Assembly (NCBI GenBank): GCA_964016885.1 | Contig: OZ024757.1 | Location: 8,618,001 to 8,682,000 of the forward strand | Length of the DNA: 64,000 nucleotides | Reading direction: 5' to 3' | Origin: Eledone cirrhosa | Taxonomy: Eukaryota | In this document: one piece after another, positions 23,270 through 36,650 of the stretch | Position numbering within the stretch: position 1 is the stretch's first letter | Layout of the letters: every line of letters starts with the position of its first letter | Notes under the pieces: generated by a model | Told to the model about the DNA's origin: nothing | Database searches by the model: none | The model's input: the letters and a program-made list of their open reading frames with translations, nothing else | Position numbers and translations under genes: made by a program

Positions 23270-26200
23270 TCAAGAGAGTAGGTGGAGGGGGGGGTGTAGG
23301 TATAAACAATGCTATAAATTTTCTGGGTGGGAAATGACAAAGGGCTGGGTGGAGTAGGAATTGTTTTAGCAGAGAAATGGTTAGATAAGGTAATTACCGT
23401 AAATAGAGTGAACAACAGAATAATTAGAATAAGACTAATTCTAAATAGAACAACTATGACAATAATATCCACTTATGTACCCCAATCTGGTCTACTTGAC
23501 GTAATAAAAGACAGGTTCTATGAGTCGCTAATGCTCACTTCCTCCCAAATAACCGACAGTGACTGCATAATTATTGCTGGTGACCTAAATGATCATATTG
23601 GACAACATAGTGATGGCTATGATGGAATCCATGGAGGCTATGGGTTTGGTACTAGAAATGAGGAAGGCTTCAGACTCCTGGAATTTTGTGACACTAATAA
23701 CCTAACTATCTGTAACACAAACTTCAAAAAATGAGACAATGACTTGGTCACCTATAGATCACGGGAATACACCAGCCAGATATACGATATCCTTACTAGA
23801 AGACGTGGCAGAGTGTCTGTTGTAAACACTAAATCCCTCCCCCGTGAAGAATTCACCTCCCAACATAGCCTAGTAGTTAGTGACCTCATAGTCAGGAATA
23901 GACGTACTCGACGACAGAGGAGGACTATCTTGAGAAGATGGAAGTTAAAGGACCCCACAGCCAGTAACAAATTTAAAAGCATATTAGTTAATGCTTTTGA
24001 CAGTAAAGAGGTGCAATTAGAGACATACAATATAGAGGAACAGTGGCAATTATTGAAAGTTAACCTGCTGAAGGCGACAGATGAAATCTGTTGCTGGAGC
24101 AGACCTATAGGTAGGAGGAGAGTAACATGGAGGTGGAGGAGACAATCAGGCTTGGAAAGTATTGTGGGATGGGGAAAGTAGAGAACACTATTAGGTGGCT
24201 AGGAGACAATTGTACTTTGCAAGAAGGGAAGCAGAGAATAGAAAGTTCAAGCATGTTCTACAACGTAAGGTGTTCAGGATCGCAATACAAAGTGTCAAGG
24301 AAAACCGTGATATTGTCAGGGAGAAGTGTGTCTGTAATGATGATGGTGTACTTGCCCTCACTGATACTGATAAGAAGGTAGCTTGGTAGTGTCACTGCGA
24401 GAGACTACTAAATGAGGAGAATAAATCGGGAAAAAGATAGTCTGCCCCAAATCGATCCAATAGAAGGACCAGCAGTGCAAGTTAATGGTGGTATAGTAAG
24501 TAAGGCAATCAAAGATATGAAGACGGACAAGGAAGCTGGGCCTTTGGAGATAGTTGCCGAGATGTTGAAAGCATCTGGAATGGTGGGACATACTATGGTC
24601 ACCCAGACAGCAAACCAAATAATACAGAATGGAGTTATACCAGATGACTGGCGTAGAAGCATCATCATCAAATGCTACAAGGGTAAAGGGGATGCTCTAG
24701 ATAGTGGAAACTATAGAGGCATTAAGGTAGTTGACCAGGTCATGAAGGTCACAGAAAGAGTTATTACACAACTAAACAGAGACCGAATTGATCTAGATGT
24801 AATGCAGTTTGGGTTCATGCCAGGTAAAAGTACCACAGATGCTTTTTTTCCTTGTACAGCAACTACAGGCGAAGTAGCTAGTTAAAAGTAAACCCCTTAT
24901 ACTTAGCTTTTGTTGACTTGGAGAACGCCTTTGACAGTCCCCCGCTCCAGTATCTGGTGGGCCCTTAGAAATGTACGAGTAGATGAATGGCTTGTGAGAG
25001 CTATACAAGCCATGTATAAAGAAACAGTCAGCAAGGTTAGAATTAACAATGAATATAGTGTAAAAGTAGGTGTTCAGCAAGGCCCCATCCTTAGCTTCCT
25101 CCTGTTTATTATTGCCCTTCAAGCTATAACAAAGGGGTTTAAGACCAGCTGCCCACGGGAACTTCTATATTCAGATGATCTAACTCTCCTAGCCAAATCT
25201 ATGGCTGAACTACACAAGAAATTCCCAAAATGGAGGCATAGCCTTGAATCAAAAGGCCTTAAAGTTAACTTGTCTAAGACTAAAGGTCTAGTATGTAGAA
25301 AAGAAAATAGGGCACTGGTGCCATGCTCTGTGTGTAGGAAAGGAGTAGGTAGAAATTCCATTCTATGTCCCAAATGCAAACTATGGGTACATAAAAGATG
25401 TAGTGAGATCACAGGTAAGCTATCTAAGAATGTAGATTTTATATGTGGCCGATGCTGATGTGAAATAAGCAGCAAGTACCCACAGGATACTAGCACCTTC
25501 TACTGCCCAGATGGTTCTATAGAAATAGTGGACACTTTCTGTTGCCTGGATGACAAAATCAGCAGTGGAGGAGGGTGTTCTGAAAGTGTAGTAGCCAGAG
25601 TTAGAACGGGATGGAGAAAGTTCAGAGAGCTTATACCGCTGCTAGACACAAACATTTCTCTCTAAAAATGAAAGGCAGATTGTATGATGCTTGTATACGA
25701 ACAGCAATGTTACATGGCAGTGAGACATGGGCATTGTGTGCAGAGGACCTGCACAGATTGGAAAGGAATGAGGCATGCATGCTACATTGGACGTGTAATT
25801 GTAATATACATGAAAGGCAAAACATAATCGAACTAAGTGAGAATTAGGCATAAGAGGGATCAGATACTGTTTACTTGAGAGAAGATTACATTGGTATGGT
25901 CATGTGATGCGAATGAAAGATGACAGCTTTATAAAAATGTGCAGGGTGATCAAAATTGATGGAAGTTACGGAGTAGGTAGACCCAGAAAAACCTGGGACG
26001 ACATAAAATCCAACCTTGCACACTTACACCTCTCTTAGACAATGTCACTGGATCGAGATCTATGGCGCCACACAGTAACAGAGTAGACCTGCCTTCCCTA
26101 TGTGCAAAGTTAACCTACAGTCAGTAGGCCCCTTCTAACCAAATATACACCCCAACCCACAACCCCTACTCCATGCTCCCACTCCCACCAACACCACCCT

Positions 26201-26460
26201 GTCTCTGTAAAGCTATGTTGGTACCACAACATCCAGTCCAAACTAAAGAGGTCGTATAGGTGTCATCACGAAAAGGCTCCCAGTCCACACTGGAAATGTG
26301 GTTGGTGTTAGGAAGGGCATCCAGCTGTAGAAAACCTGCCAGATACAGTCCTATACGAGCGAGACACGGTCACCCGATTAATCTTGCCTCAAGTGGGACA
26401 CCTCCTGTCTAACCCATGCTAGCGTGGAAGACAGACATTAAATGATAATGATGATGTTGA
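23270..26460 (+). mobile_element. Decayed, nearly complete RTE LINE
   Basis: Fragmented ORFs (23327, 23744, 24412, 24910) are colinear with the intact RTE protein but carry many stops and frameshifts. Confidence 0.9.
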
Positions 26461-27234
26461 TATATAGTGTATATAATAGTTGTAATGTCACTGGTGCTGA
26501 TCTATATCAGCCTTTCCCTTGGACAACATGACATATAGTCTATATATATTGGACAATATTATATATAGTGTATATGTGGTGTATATAGTAGTTGTGACAA
26601 TATTCTATATACATATGTACACACACACTGACAAACATGTATATACTTATAGAAGGGTCGGATGAGGAATTCATAGACAGACCAAGTTAATCTCATGGAA
26701 TGAGACAATGTATACACACAAATATATACTATATATATGTATACAAACACATATATATTGTATAGTGAAGCCATACAACATATGGTAATATCATGTTTTC
26801 AATTGTCAGTTAGGGAGGTACATTGTGTCCTTAAGCAAGACACATCATTCCACATGTCTCTAATCTCCACAGCTGAAAAAGACAAGTATCAGCTTTAGTT
26901 GGAGGTTTAGCATGGGTTGTATCATTCTCTGCCTCCAACATTTTCCCTGCAGCCACAAACCCAGGCTTTACTACCTGCAATAGAGAGAAGAGGGAGATAG
27001 TTATATACTGGGGCCTGACAAACCACTTCCTATTTGTCCCCACACTGCTGATTTCTTCCTCAAAATTAGAAAGACAGCAGCCCCCTTGAGGAAGTAGTCC
27101 CATGAGGTGGGGTGGATGTTGTAGTGGGTGTCTCTGGCTATTCTCTGTGGTAACACCTTTGCCATTTTGTCTGTAGGGTGGGGCTGAATCACAGCTCAGA
27201 CTGAAATATAAAGTCTGTCCCTGTCCCGTTATTT

Positions 27235-27420
27235 TCGGTGGATTGGCAGTATCGGTAGAGTGTCGAACGCCATGCTTTGTAGCATAGAGTTACCTCCCTT
27301 TATGATCTGAGTTCAAATCCCGCCAGGGTTAACTTTGCCGTTCATCCTTACGAGGTCGATAACATAAAGTACCAGTAATACACTGCGATAATTACTCGCC
27401 TTGTGCCAAAAGTAGAAAAT
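27235..27420 (+). mobile_element. Nin/Deu-domain SINE, paralog of 15694-15873
   Basis: Same insertion site and sequence as in unit A. Confidence 0.8.
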
Positions 27421-27673
27421 TATTTTCGTTGTTTGATTCGTTTTTTTTTTTCCATTACTTAAATCTTTTATTACCTTTAATAATGTGTTTTGGTTTAATA
27501 TGAACAGTCATATAACATTAATAACGTTATTTATTCAAATCTGAATAAAGTACTAGCATATCTATTGAACGTATGAATCTAAACTATAATAAAAGGAGGA
27601 GCGTGGGACTGCGTACGGTTTATAATTGTTTATCCCATTAGTAACATAAGTTGGATTACTTTGAATAAATAAT

Positions 27674-27861
27674 TGTTTCTACTTTTGGCACAAGGCCAGC
27701 AATTATCGCAGTGTATTACTGGTACTTTATTTTATCGACCCCGTAAGGATGAAAGGCAAAGTTAACCTCGGCGGGATTTGAACTCAGATCATAAAGGGGG
27801 GTAACTCTATGCTTCAAAGCATGGCGTCCGACCCTTACCGATACTGCCAATCCACGGCCCT
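27674..27861 (-). mobile_element. Nin/Deu-domain SINE with 18-bp TSD
   Basis: TTACTTTGAATAAATAAT at 27656 and 27862; empty site at ~16112. Confidence 0.88.
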
Positions 27862-29204
27862 TTACTTTGAATAAATAATGAACGAATATTAGATAATTTA
27901 TCTACTAAATTTCGTGGCTGTTGATTAAATATATTTTGTTTATTTAAAGATTCATTTCTTTAAAATTTCTGAAATGCCAACACTTCCGGTTGGCCATCAC
28001 TTCAATAAACTATTAATTTTCTGTCACTAATTTTCTCCTAATGCAGTTTATATATAATATCGTCTTTTTTAATGTATCATGGATTACGTTACTGATTACA
28101 TAAGACAGTGTAACACAGTCTTCGTTCAATTTCTGTGTATTATAAATTGTCAATTACGATTTTATTTGATGTATCATATCTACATGTATATATACTTGCG
28201 TATAATATCAATATACACACTACACATGCTACCTTCGGGTGGTTTTCTGCTAGTTCATATAACGGAAGTTGTTTCTGAAGGTACTAAATTATGTGGGGGA
28301 CTTTTAAGTCATGACACCGGTGTTAACTAGACGGTGAAATATTACCATTTATATCAGCTCCATTGTTACAACTTAAACCTCGTCTAATTTTATCTTTTAT
28401 GGTGATTATTTCATATTAAGGTGGACGTTAATGTTTGTAAATAACATAAGGTGACTTATTTACCTTATAGTTGTTGTTTTATCACCTGTATTATTAAATA
28501 TTGAAGGGGTTGTTCAACATTTTACAGGACAGGAAAATATTATTTTAATCAGAAATCAGTGAATATTTAGTTTTTACTAACTTTTCTTGACTTTATATTT
28601 GGTCTTGAGAACTAAAGTACGTATTATTTCGTTTTCCACCACAACACAAACATTGTGAACTTTTCTATCTGAAGTGAAATATCTTGATTTATTACAACAC
28701 CTACACACATATTTCTACACACACACGTCTATTTATTTCTCTGATACCTACACACACTGTATGTCTGTATATATATATATGTATATATATTAACCTTCAT
28801 CTTTTGAAATCATGGATATTAATTCTCTTGCCCCCTGAACTGTCCTCAATAACAAGAACCTTAACTATAGAAGTCTTATTCGTCTGTTTTATGAGCTGAG
28901 GATTTTATTGTGAATAGAGCTTCTCTCACCTTAACAATAATAATAGTGGTATATTCCACAATAATCACACACACACACACATATATATATAAGCACTTGC
29001 CTTTTCTTCATCCAAGATCAGTCTTACACTGACATATGTCTTATTTCTTGTACCAATTAAATGCTACATTACAACTTGTAGAAGAAGAAAGTGGACTTCT
29101 GCAGTCTTTTATGGACACTCTGTATATTAGAATACATGGCATCATCTTAACAATATCTACATTTCTTAATGTATCAGTAAAAGTGGTGAGACTCCTTTAT
29201 GTAA

Positions 29205-29816
<612 letters not shown>

Positions 29817-31706
29817 ACCCCATCACTGTGAAATGTGAAACACACAACTATACAGACACACTCTGGAAGGAAGAATATACAATGTAAAGCTTGAAAAATC
29901 CTTATCATCATCATTATCAACACTGTTTTACGTCCATTCTTCCATGGGTTGTCCTGTTGTGGGCAATGCCAGGTCGGGTCGCCTTGTCTTGCTCATATGG
30001 GAACTGATTTTGGCTTGATTTCTACAGCTTGATGTCCTTCCTAACACGAAAGCTCATTTACTGTGAGTGCTAGGTGCTTTTTTTACCATGGTGTCTACAC
30101 AGCCACTTTACAATGTGGGCTGGGTGATATTTTGTCAACCACTTTTCAGTGGGTGGGGATACAGACATATTTGTCTATATGCTTCAGCTTCGGCTTGTAG
30201 CCGTGTGAAGTCAGGTCTTCTGTATTACTGCATGATGCCAGAGGGCACCGTCCTGCGTCATCGCTTTTGAGAGGTGCAATTGGGCAAGGTCAGCTTTTAT
30301 CACCTCATCCCGCGTCTTCCTGGATCTCCCCACTCCCTGGCTTCCAGCGACATTTAGTGCTCTGCACCTTTTAATGCAGCTGTCATCCTTCATATGCATC
30401 TATATATATATATACTCTATCAAATGGAAGAAGTATACTGCCATATATTGAAGATTACTACAATAACTAGGGAGCGAAGGACAAGATATGCCAGACATTC
30501 CTACTGAACAATGGATGACCTGATGAGCTGGCTCCTGTGGTGGATACCTAAACATAGTAAGACCCTAGTAAGATGACTGAAAATGACCTACATAGATCAG
30601 ATGTCTAGGGATGTTCAGGTAGGCATTAATGATCTCAAGAATGCCACGAAATAATAATATATATTAATGAACATTTATTATGGTGAAATATGTTGGAAAT
30701 TATTCTCAGGTTTTGTATTGTAATCCACAAATACACTCTGTAGAAAGTTCTACTTCATATTTGTCATTAAGGTTTCTTATAGAGACACAATCTTATTTTA
30801 TTGGTGATGGTGGTGGATTGGCAGAATCAGTAGAGTGTCAGACGATATGCTTTGTGTCATATAGTTACATCCCTTTACGTTCTGTATTAAAATGATGCTG
30901 AGGTTAGCTTTACTCTTCTTCCTCAGAGGTTCAGTAAAATAAAGTACCAGTAATGCACTAGGGTTGAGTTAAAAGTAGAAATATTTATTTAAAGTCTATA
31001 AAACAATGGATGGAATGCTTTCTGCCATATTTGTTCTGGTTCTCAGCTCTCTGAGTTTAAATCCTGCTGAGGTCAACTTTGCCTTTCATCCATTCAAGGT
31101 TGATAACAAAAAAGTACCAGTCTACCACAGGGGTCTGTTCATCCTCTGTATATTTCTATCTCACTTCCTCTCTCTCATTCTCTCTCCTTCTCTGGAAGAA
31201 ATCATCTGTTCCAACCTGGTGAGTGAAGGGCTCCACCAAGCTTCAAATGTCCACAGTGACACCCCTATGACTCCATCAGTGCAAGAAAAACAAAACAAGA
31301 TTGATGTGTTTATATGATGGAGTATAAACAGGTCCTTGACTGTAAAGATTAACATGAGTTAAGGTAAATATAATTGTAGATGTAAAATGTTAAGGTTTAT
31401 TCAATCTAAAGAGAAGAAAAAGGAATTCAAAGTCCAGTGAAACAAATTTACGTTTAAATACATAACAAAAGTCTCTCTTTCTCTAGAAAAAAAAACTTCT
31501 CCAGGTCGGAATAAAACAGATTTCTTCCAGAGAAAGACAGAGAGTGAGATATAGAGGAAGAATTAACCCCTAGTATTTGACTGGTACTTTATTATCAAAC
31601 CCGAATGGAAGAAAGGTAAAGTTGAACTCAGATTAAAGAACTGGAAAAAATACTACAAAGAATTCTATGTGATGTTCTAACAACTTTACCAGATTACCTT
31701 ATGTAT

Positions 31707-33880
31707 ATGATGATGGCATACTTGCCATCACCGACGCTGATAAGAAGGTAGCTTGGAAGTGTCACTATGAAAGGCTACTAAATGAGGAGAATAAATGGGA
31801 GAAAGACAGTCTCCCCCACATCGACCCAATAGAGGGACCAGCAGTGTTAGTCGAAGGTAGTATATTAAGTAAGGCAATCAAGGATATGAAGACGGGTAAG
31901 GCGGCTGGGCCTTCGGAAATAGTTGCTGAGATGCTGAAGGCATCTGGCACGGTGGGACACACCATGGTCACCCGGATAGTTAACCAAGTCGTACAGAATG
32001 GGGTTGTTCCAAAGGACTGGTATAGCAGCATCATCGTTAACTGTTATAAGGGTAAAGGAGATGCCCTAGATAGGAGTAACTATAGAGGCATTAAATTAAT
32101 CGACCAGGTCATGAAGGTCACGGAAAAAGTAATAGCGCAACTAATCAGAGAGAGAATTGACCTAGATGAAATGCAGTTCGGGTTTGTGTCAGGCAAAAGT
32201 ACCACAGACGCTCTTTTCATTGTACGACAACTACAGGAGAAGTACCTAGCTAAAGGTAAACCCCTCTACTTAGCTTTTGTCGACTTGGAGAAAGCCTTCG
32301 ACAGAATCCCCCATTCCATTATCTAGTGGGCCCTTAGAAAACTAGGTGTCGACGAATGGCTTGTGAGAGCTATACAAGCCATGTATAAAGAAACAGTCAG
32401 CAAGGTTAGAATTAACAACGAATATAGTGAAGAGTTTACCGTAAAAGTTGGCGTCCATCAGGGCTCTGTTCTCAGCCTCCTACTATTTATTATTGCCCTT
32501 CAGGCTATAACAGAGTAGTTCAAGACCGGCTGCCCATGGGAACTCCTATACGCAGACGACTGACACTCATAGCCGAATCAATGGCCGAGCTAGAGAAGAA
32601 ATTCCAAACATGGAAGCACGGCCTAGAATCAAAAGGCCTTAAAATTAACCTGGCTAAGACTAAAGTTCTAGTTTGTAGGAAAGAAAAGAAGGCGGCGGTC
32701 CCTTCCGGGAAATGGCCATGCTCAGTGTGTAGGAAAGGCGTAGGTAGAAACTCCATTTTATGTCCCAAATGCAAAGTATGGGTGCATAAAAGATGTAGTG
32801 GGATCACAGGTAAGCTAACTAAGAACATAGATTTTACATGTGGTCGGTGCTCTGGTGCAATAAGTAGCAGCAAGTGCCCACAAATACTAGCTCTTACAAC
32901 TGCGCAGAGGGCTCTATAGAAATAGTGGACAGCTTCCGTTACCTGGGTGACAAAATAAGCAGTGGGGGAGGGTGCTCTGAAAGTACAGTAGCTAGAGTCA
33001 GAACTGGATGGAAAAAGTTCAGAGAGCTTATACCACTATTAGCTGCTAAAGGGTTCTCCCTAAAAATGAAAGGCAGGTTGTATGATGCCTGCATACGAAC
33101 AGCAATGTTGCATGGCAGTGAGACCTGGGCATTGTGTGCAGAGGATATACGCAGACTAGAGAGGAACGAAGCTTGCATGCTCCGCTGGATGTGTAATAGT
33201 AATATACGTGAACGGCAAAGCATAAACGAACTTAGGAAAAAATTAGAAATAAGAGGGATCAGATGTTGTTTACTCGAGAGAAGGCTACGTTGGTATGGAC
33301 ACGTGATGCGCATGAAAGTCGATAGCTGTATAACAAAGTGCAGGGCAATAAAGATAGACGGTAGCCACGGAATAGGCAGATCTAGAAAAACCTGGGACAA
33401 GCTGATAAACTCCGACCTCACACCTCTCCAAGACAATGTCAGTGGACCGAGACCTTTGGCGGTACACAGTAATAGAGAAGACCCGCCTTACCTAAATACA
33501 TAGTAAAACCTACTACAGCCAGTAGGCATCTCTAACAAAATACACACCGTCCCACCACCCCCACCCCATCCACACCACCCCCTTCTATGTAAAGTTATGT
33601 TGGTGCCACAACATCCAGGCCGAAACAAATGAGGTCGTGTAGGTGTCACGACAAAAAAACACACAGTCCACGCTGTAATGTGGCCGTGTAGGCAACACGG
33701 TAAAAACCTCCCAGCCCCACACTGTAAATGTGGTTGGTGTTAGGAAGGGCATCCAACTGTAGAAAACCTGCCAGACAGTCCTATGCGAGCAAGACAACCA
33801 CTCTTGCCTCAAGTGGGAATACCCCCGTCCAAACCCATGCAAGCGTGGAACACGGACGTTAAACGTTGATGATGATGATA
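31707..33880 (+). mobile_element. 5'-truncated RTE LINE with stops and frameshifts
   Basis: Highly similar to 6473-8778, ends in (GAT)n; empty site at ~56165-56180. Confidence 0.92.
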
Positions 33881-34412
33881 TATATTTGTCTCTAGAGATA
33901 AGAAACACTGAAGAAGTTTAGTATGAACCCCCTTAGAGTATCTCCTGAGCAGGATTGAACCCCAGAGCAGGACCTCCACCATCTCTGGTATCTCCCACCA
34001 GACCACCATGAAGGTTATAAGAAACTACTGAAATTTAATATTCATAAACCTACTTTCAATATTGAAGTAATTAACATGTGGTGTTGTTCATGCCTTTCTT
34101 AATGTTATTGGTAAAAAATAAAGTATTTAAACCTGAAATTTTGTTATTCAAATAAGTAGATGCTTGCTTATGTAATTATAAATGTCGCAGAACACATATA
34201 TATATATGAAAATATTGAGGACCCCGACGGCTGAGCTCCGGCCGTTTCAACAGCTATATATATATCTTTAGTCTTAGGCCCACCAGAGCAGTCTCCAACG
34301 ATCACAACCAGCTTATTGTGCCCAGAGGAAGCACTTTAGTCTAATTATAACCCCAAGGATCACGATTTTTTCATGTCTGTGCTAAGTGAGGTTGACTGCC
34401 ATATATATATAT

Positions 34413-34980
34413 ATCATCATCATCATCATCATCTTCGTTTAACGTCCATCTTCCACGCTAGCATGGGTTAGACGGGAGTTGTCCCACTTGAGCAAGGTTG
34501 GGCGGATGACCGTGTCTCGCTCATATAGGACTATCTGTCAGGTTTTCTACGGCTGGATGCCCTTCCTAACACCAACCACATTTACAGTGTGGACTGGGAA
34601 CTTATTACTGTGTTACCTACACGGCCACATTACAGCGTGGACCGTGTGTTTTTTTGTCGTGACACCCACACGATCTCGATCTCATTATCTCATATATTTG
34701 GACTGGATGTTGTGCTACCAACTTTATAGAGAGAGGGTAGTGTTGGTGGGAGTGGGAGGATAGGGTAGGGGTAGTGGATTGGGGTGTATATTTGGTTAAG
34801 AGGTGCCTACTGACTGTAGGTTTCGCTTTGTACATAGGCAAGGCGGGTCTTCTGTATTACTGCGTAGCGCCAAAACTCCCGGTCCAGTGATATTGTCTTA
34901 GAGAGGTGCAAGTGTGTAAGGTCGGAATTTATCAGATCGTCCCAGGTTTTTCTGGGTCTACCTACTCCGTAACTACCATA
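34413..34980 (-). mobile_element. RTE 3' fragment (inverted paralog at 55072-55637)
   Basis: GRPRKTWDDLINSD translation, 3' UTR and (CAT)n tail. Confidence 0.85.
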
Positions 34981-35088
34981 ATATATATATATACATATAC
35001 ACACATGCTAGAATCCCAGAGAACAACAGAACAATGATGAGTTTAGAGTTTAAAAACAACAGAATGAAGGACATAAATAAATATATAT

Positions 35089-35239
35089 CAGTGGTCCCCA
35101 ACCTTTTCTGCACCATGCCCCACCTCAACATTTAAAATGTGTAACTGGAAGTTTGATCGTATTATATCACTTTCATATTGACCCCTATTATATTCAAATT
35201 GCTCCTTGTGGGGCGTGCACCCCTCGTTGGGAATCCCTG
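35089..35239. mobile_element. hAT-like MITE, internally deleted copy
   Basis: Imperfect TIRs CAGTGGTCCCCAAC / GTTGGGAATCCCTG with ATATATA flanks; a longer copy lies at 54605-54938. Confidence 0.65.
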
Positions 35240-35762
35240 ATATATAAATATATGTGTGTTGCTGTGACTGCTATTTCTAGCAGGTTTACTGCTGTCCTGT
35301 AGACGCACAACACAAACCGGAAGTGGCAGCCATTAAAAAACTTTGGATTAAAATCAGTGAAAATATTTTAAACAATAGAAAATTAAATGTAAAAAACCCA
35401 AGATTTTTGCCAAGAAAGGTAACTCTTGTCTTACTTAATCGCAAAAGTCGAGACAAAAATGTTGCGGGTGTGCAATTTGTTTGGTCTTGATTGTTGGTAT
35501 TTGAATGCTATTTCTAGCATGTATATCTGCCCTTCGTTTTTTTTTTTAAATATTTTATGTGATTTAGCTGCTCTTTCTAGCATGTTCTTCGTTTTTATAT
35601 CATTACAAATATTTTCAGCGTTTGCATTTTACACACTCAGACACACACTTTTGGAGAAGAATGGGAGCTCAAGAGAAAAGGAAGGACATATATATAAACA
35701 TGCTAGAGATATCAGCCATAGACGACATAAGAGGAAGAAGGACATATATATGTGTAAATATA

Positions 35763-35803
<41 letters not shown>

Positions 35804-35806
<3 letters not shown>

Positions 35807-36443
35807 GATAAATCTACCAAAATATACGGTAGTGTCCAATCCGTATGAAGAACTCAATGTAATCCAACTATAGAAGATATCATTAAAAGAGAAGATGCAT
35901 TCAAAAATTTAGGATAAAAGTCATAGGAAAACAGAGTCAAGATAAATTAATAAAAACAATGAAATAAAAACAAAGAACAAGTTCCTTATATTAAAAAATT
36001 CATCATTTTACAATCGTTTCTGGGATATATATTTGTGTGGTATGTATATCATGTTAAAGATCCATTTTAAAATATTACAAATTATCAGAGGAGATATACA
36101 TACTTTCACATATACATGCCGTCTTCAGAAATGGTGAGATGTGTTTATTGAAAAAAACAAAGAATTAATATAAAAAGTCTGTTTAGGAACAGGTTTTGAA
36201 TTGACCAACGGAAAAGAGTTAGAGGTCAAGTTGATAGGTGTTTTTTTCAATAAACATACTTCATCATTTCTGAAGATAGCATGTATGTGAAGGTATATTT
36301 CCTCTGATAATTTGTAATATTTTTACATAGATCTTTAACATGATATACATACCACACACATATATATCCCAGAAACGATCGTAAAATGATGAATTTTTTA
36401 ATATAAGGAATTGTTCTTTGTTTTTATTTCATTGTTTTTATTA

Positions 36444-36450
<7 letters not shown>
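35804..36450 (-). mobile_element. Palindromic pLTR-like element with hammerhead motifs in both arms
   Basis: Arms ~35943-36158 and ~36240-36450, tail 35804-35940, (TA)n flanks; inverted paralog at ~53415-54060. Confidence 0.72.
36262..36391 (+). ncRNA. Candidate type I hammerhead ribozyme with long stem II
   Basis: CATCATTT-CTGAAGA-(~95 nt)-GAAA-CGATCG-TA-AAATGATG: 8-bp stem I and palindromic stem III. Confidence 0.65.
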
Positions 36451-36478
<28 letters not shown>

Positions 36479-36650
36479 TTATGTAATAAACAACATAAGA
36501 TAATTATTTCATTTACCAGTGGTTTTTTGAAGGCAGATGTGTCTGTCTTCAGTCGTCGGAATAAATAACATGGTGTTTTTATTAAATATGGATTTGAAAA
36601 CAAAATTTAGGAAATATGAAAGTGAGGCTGAAAAAAACGGGCGAAAGGGA

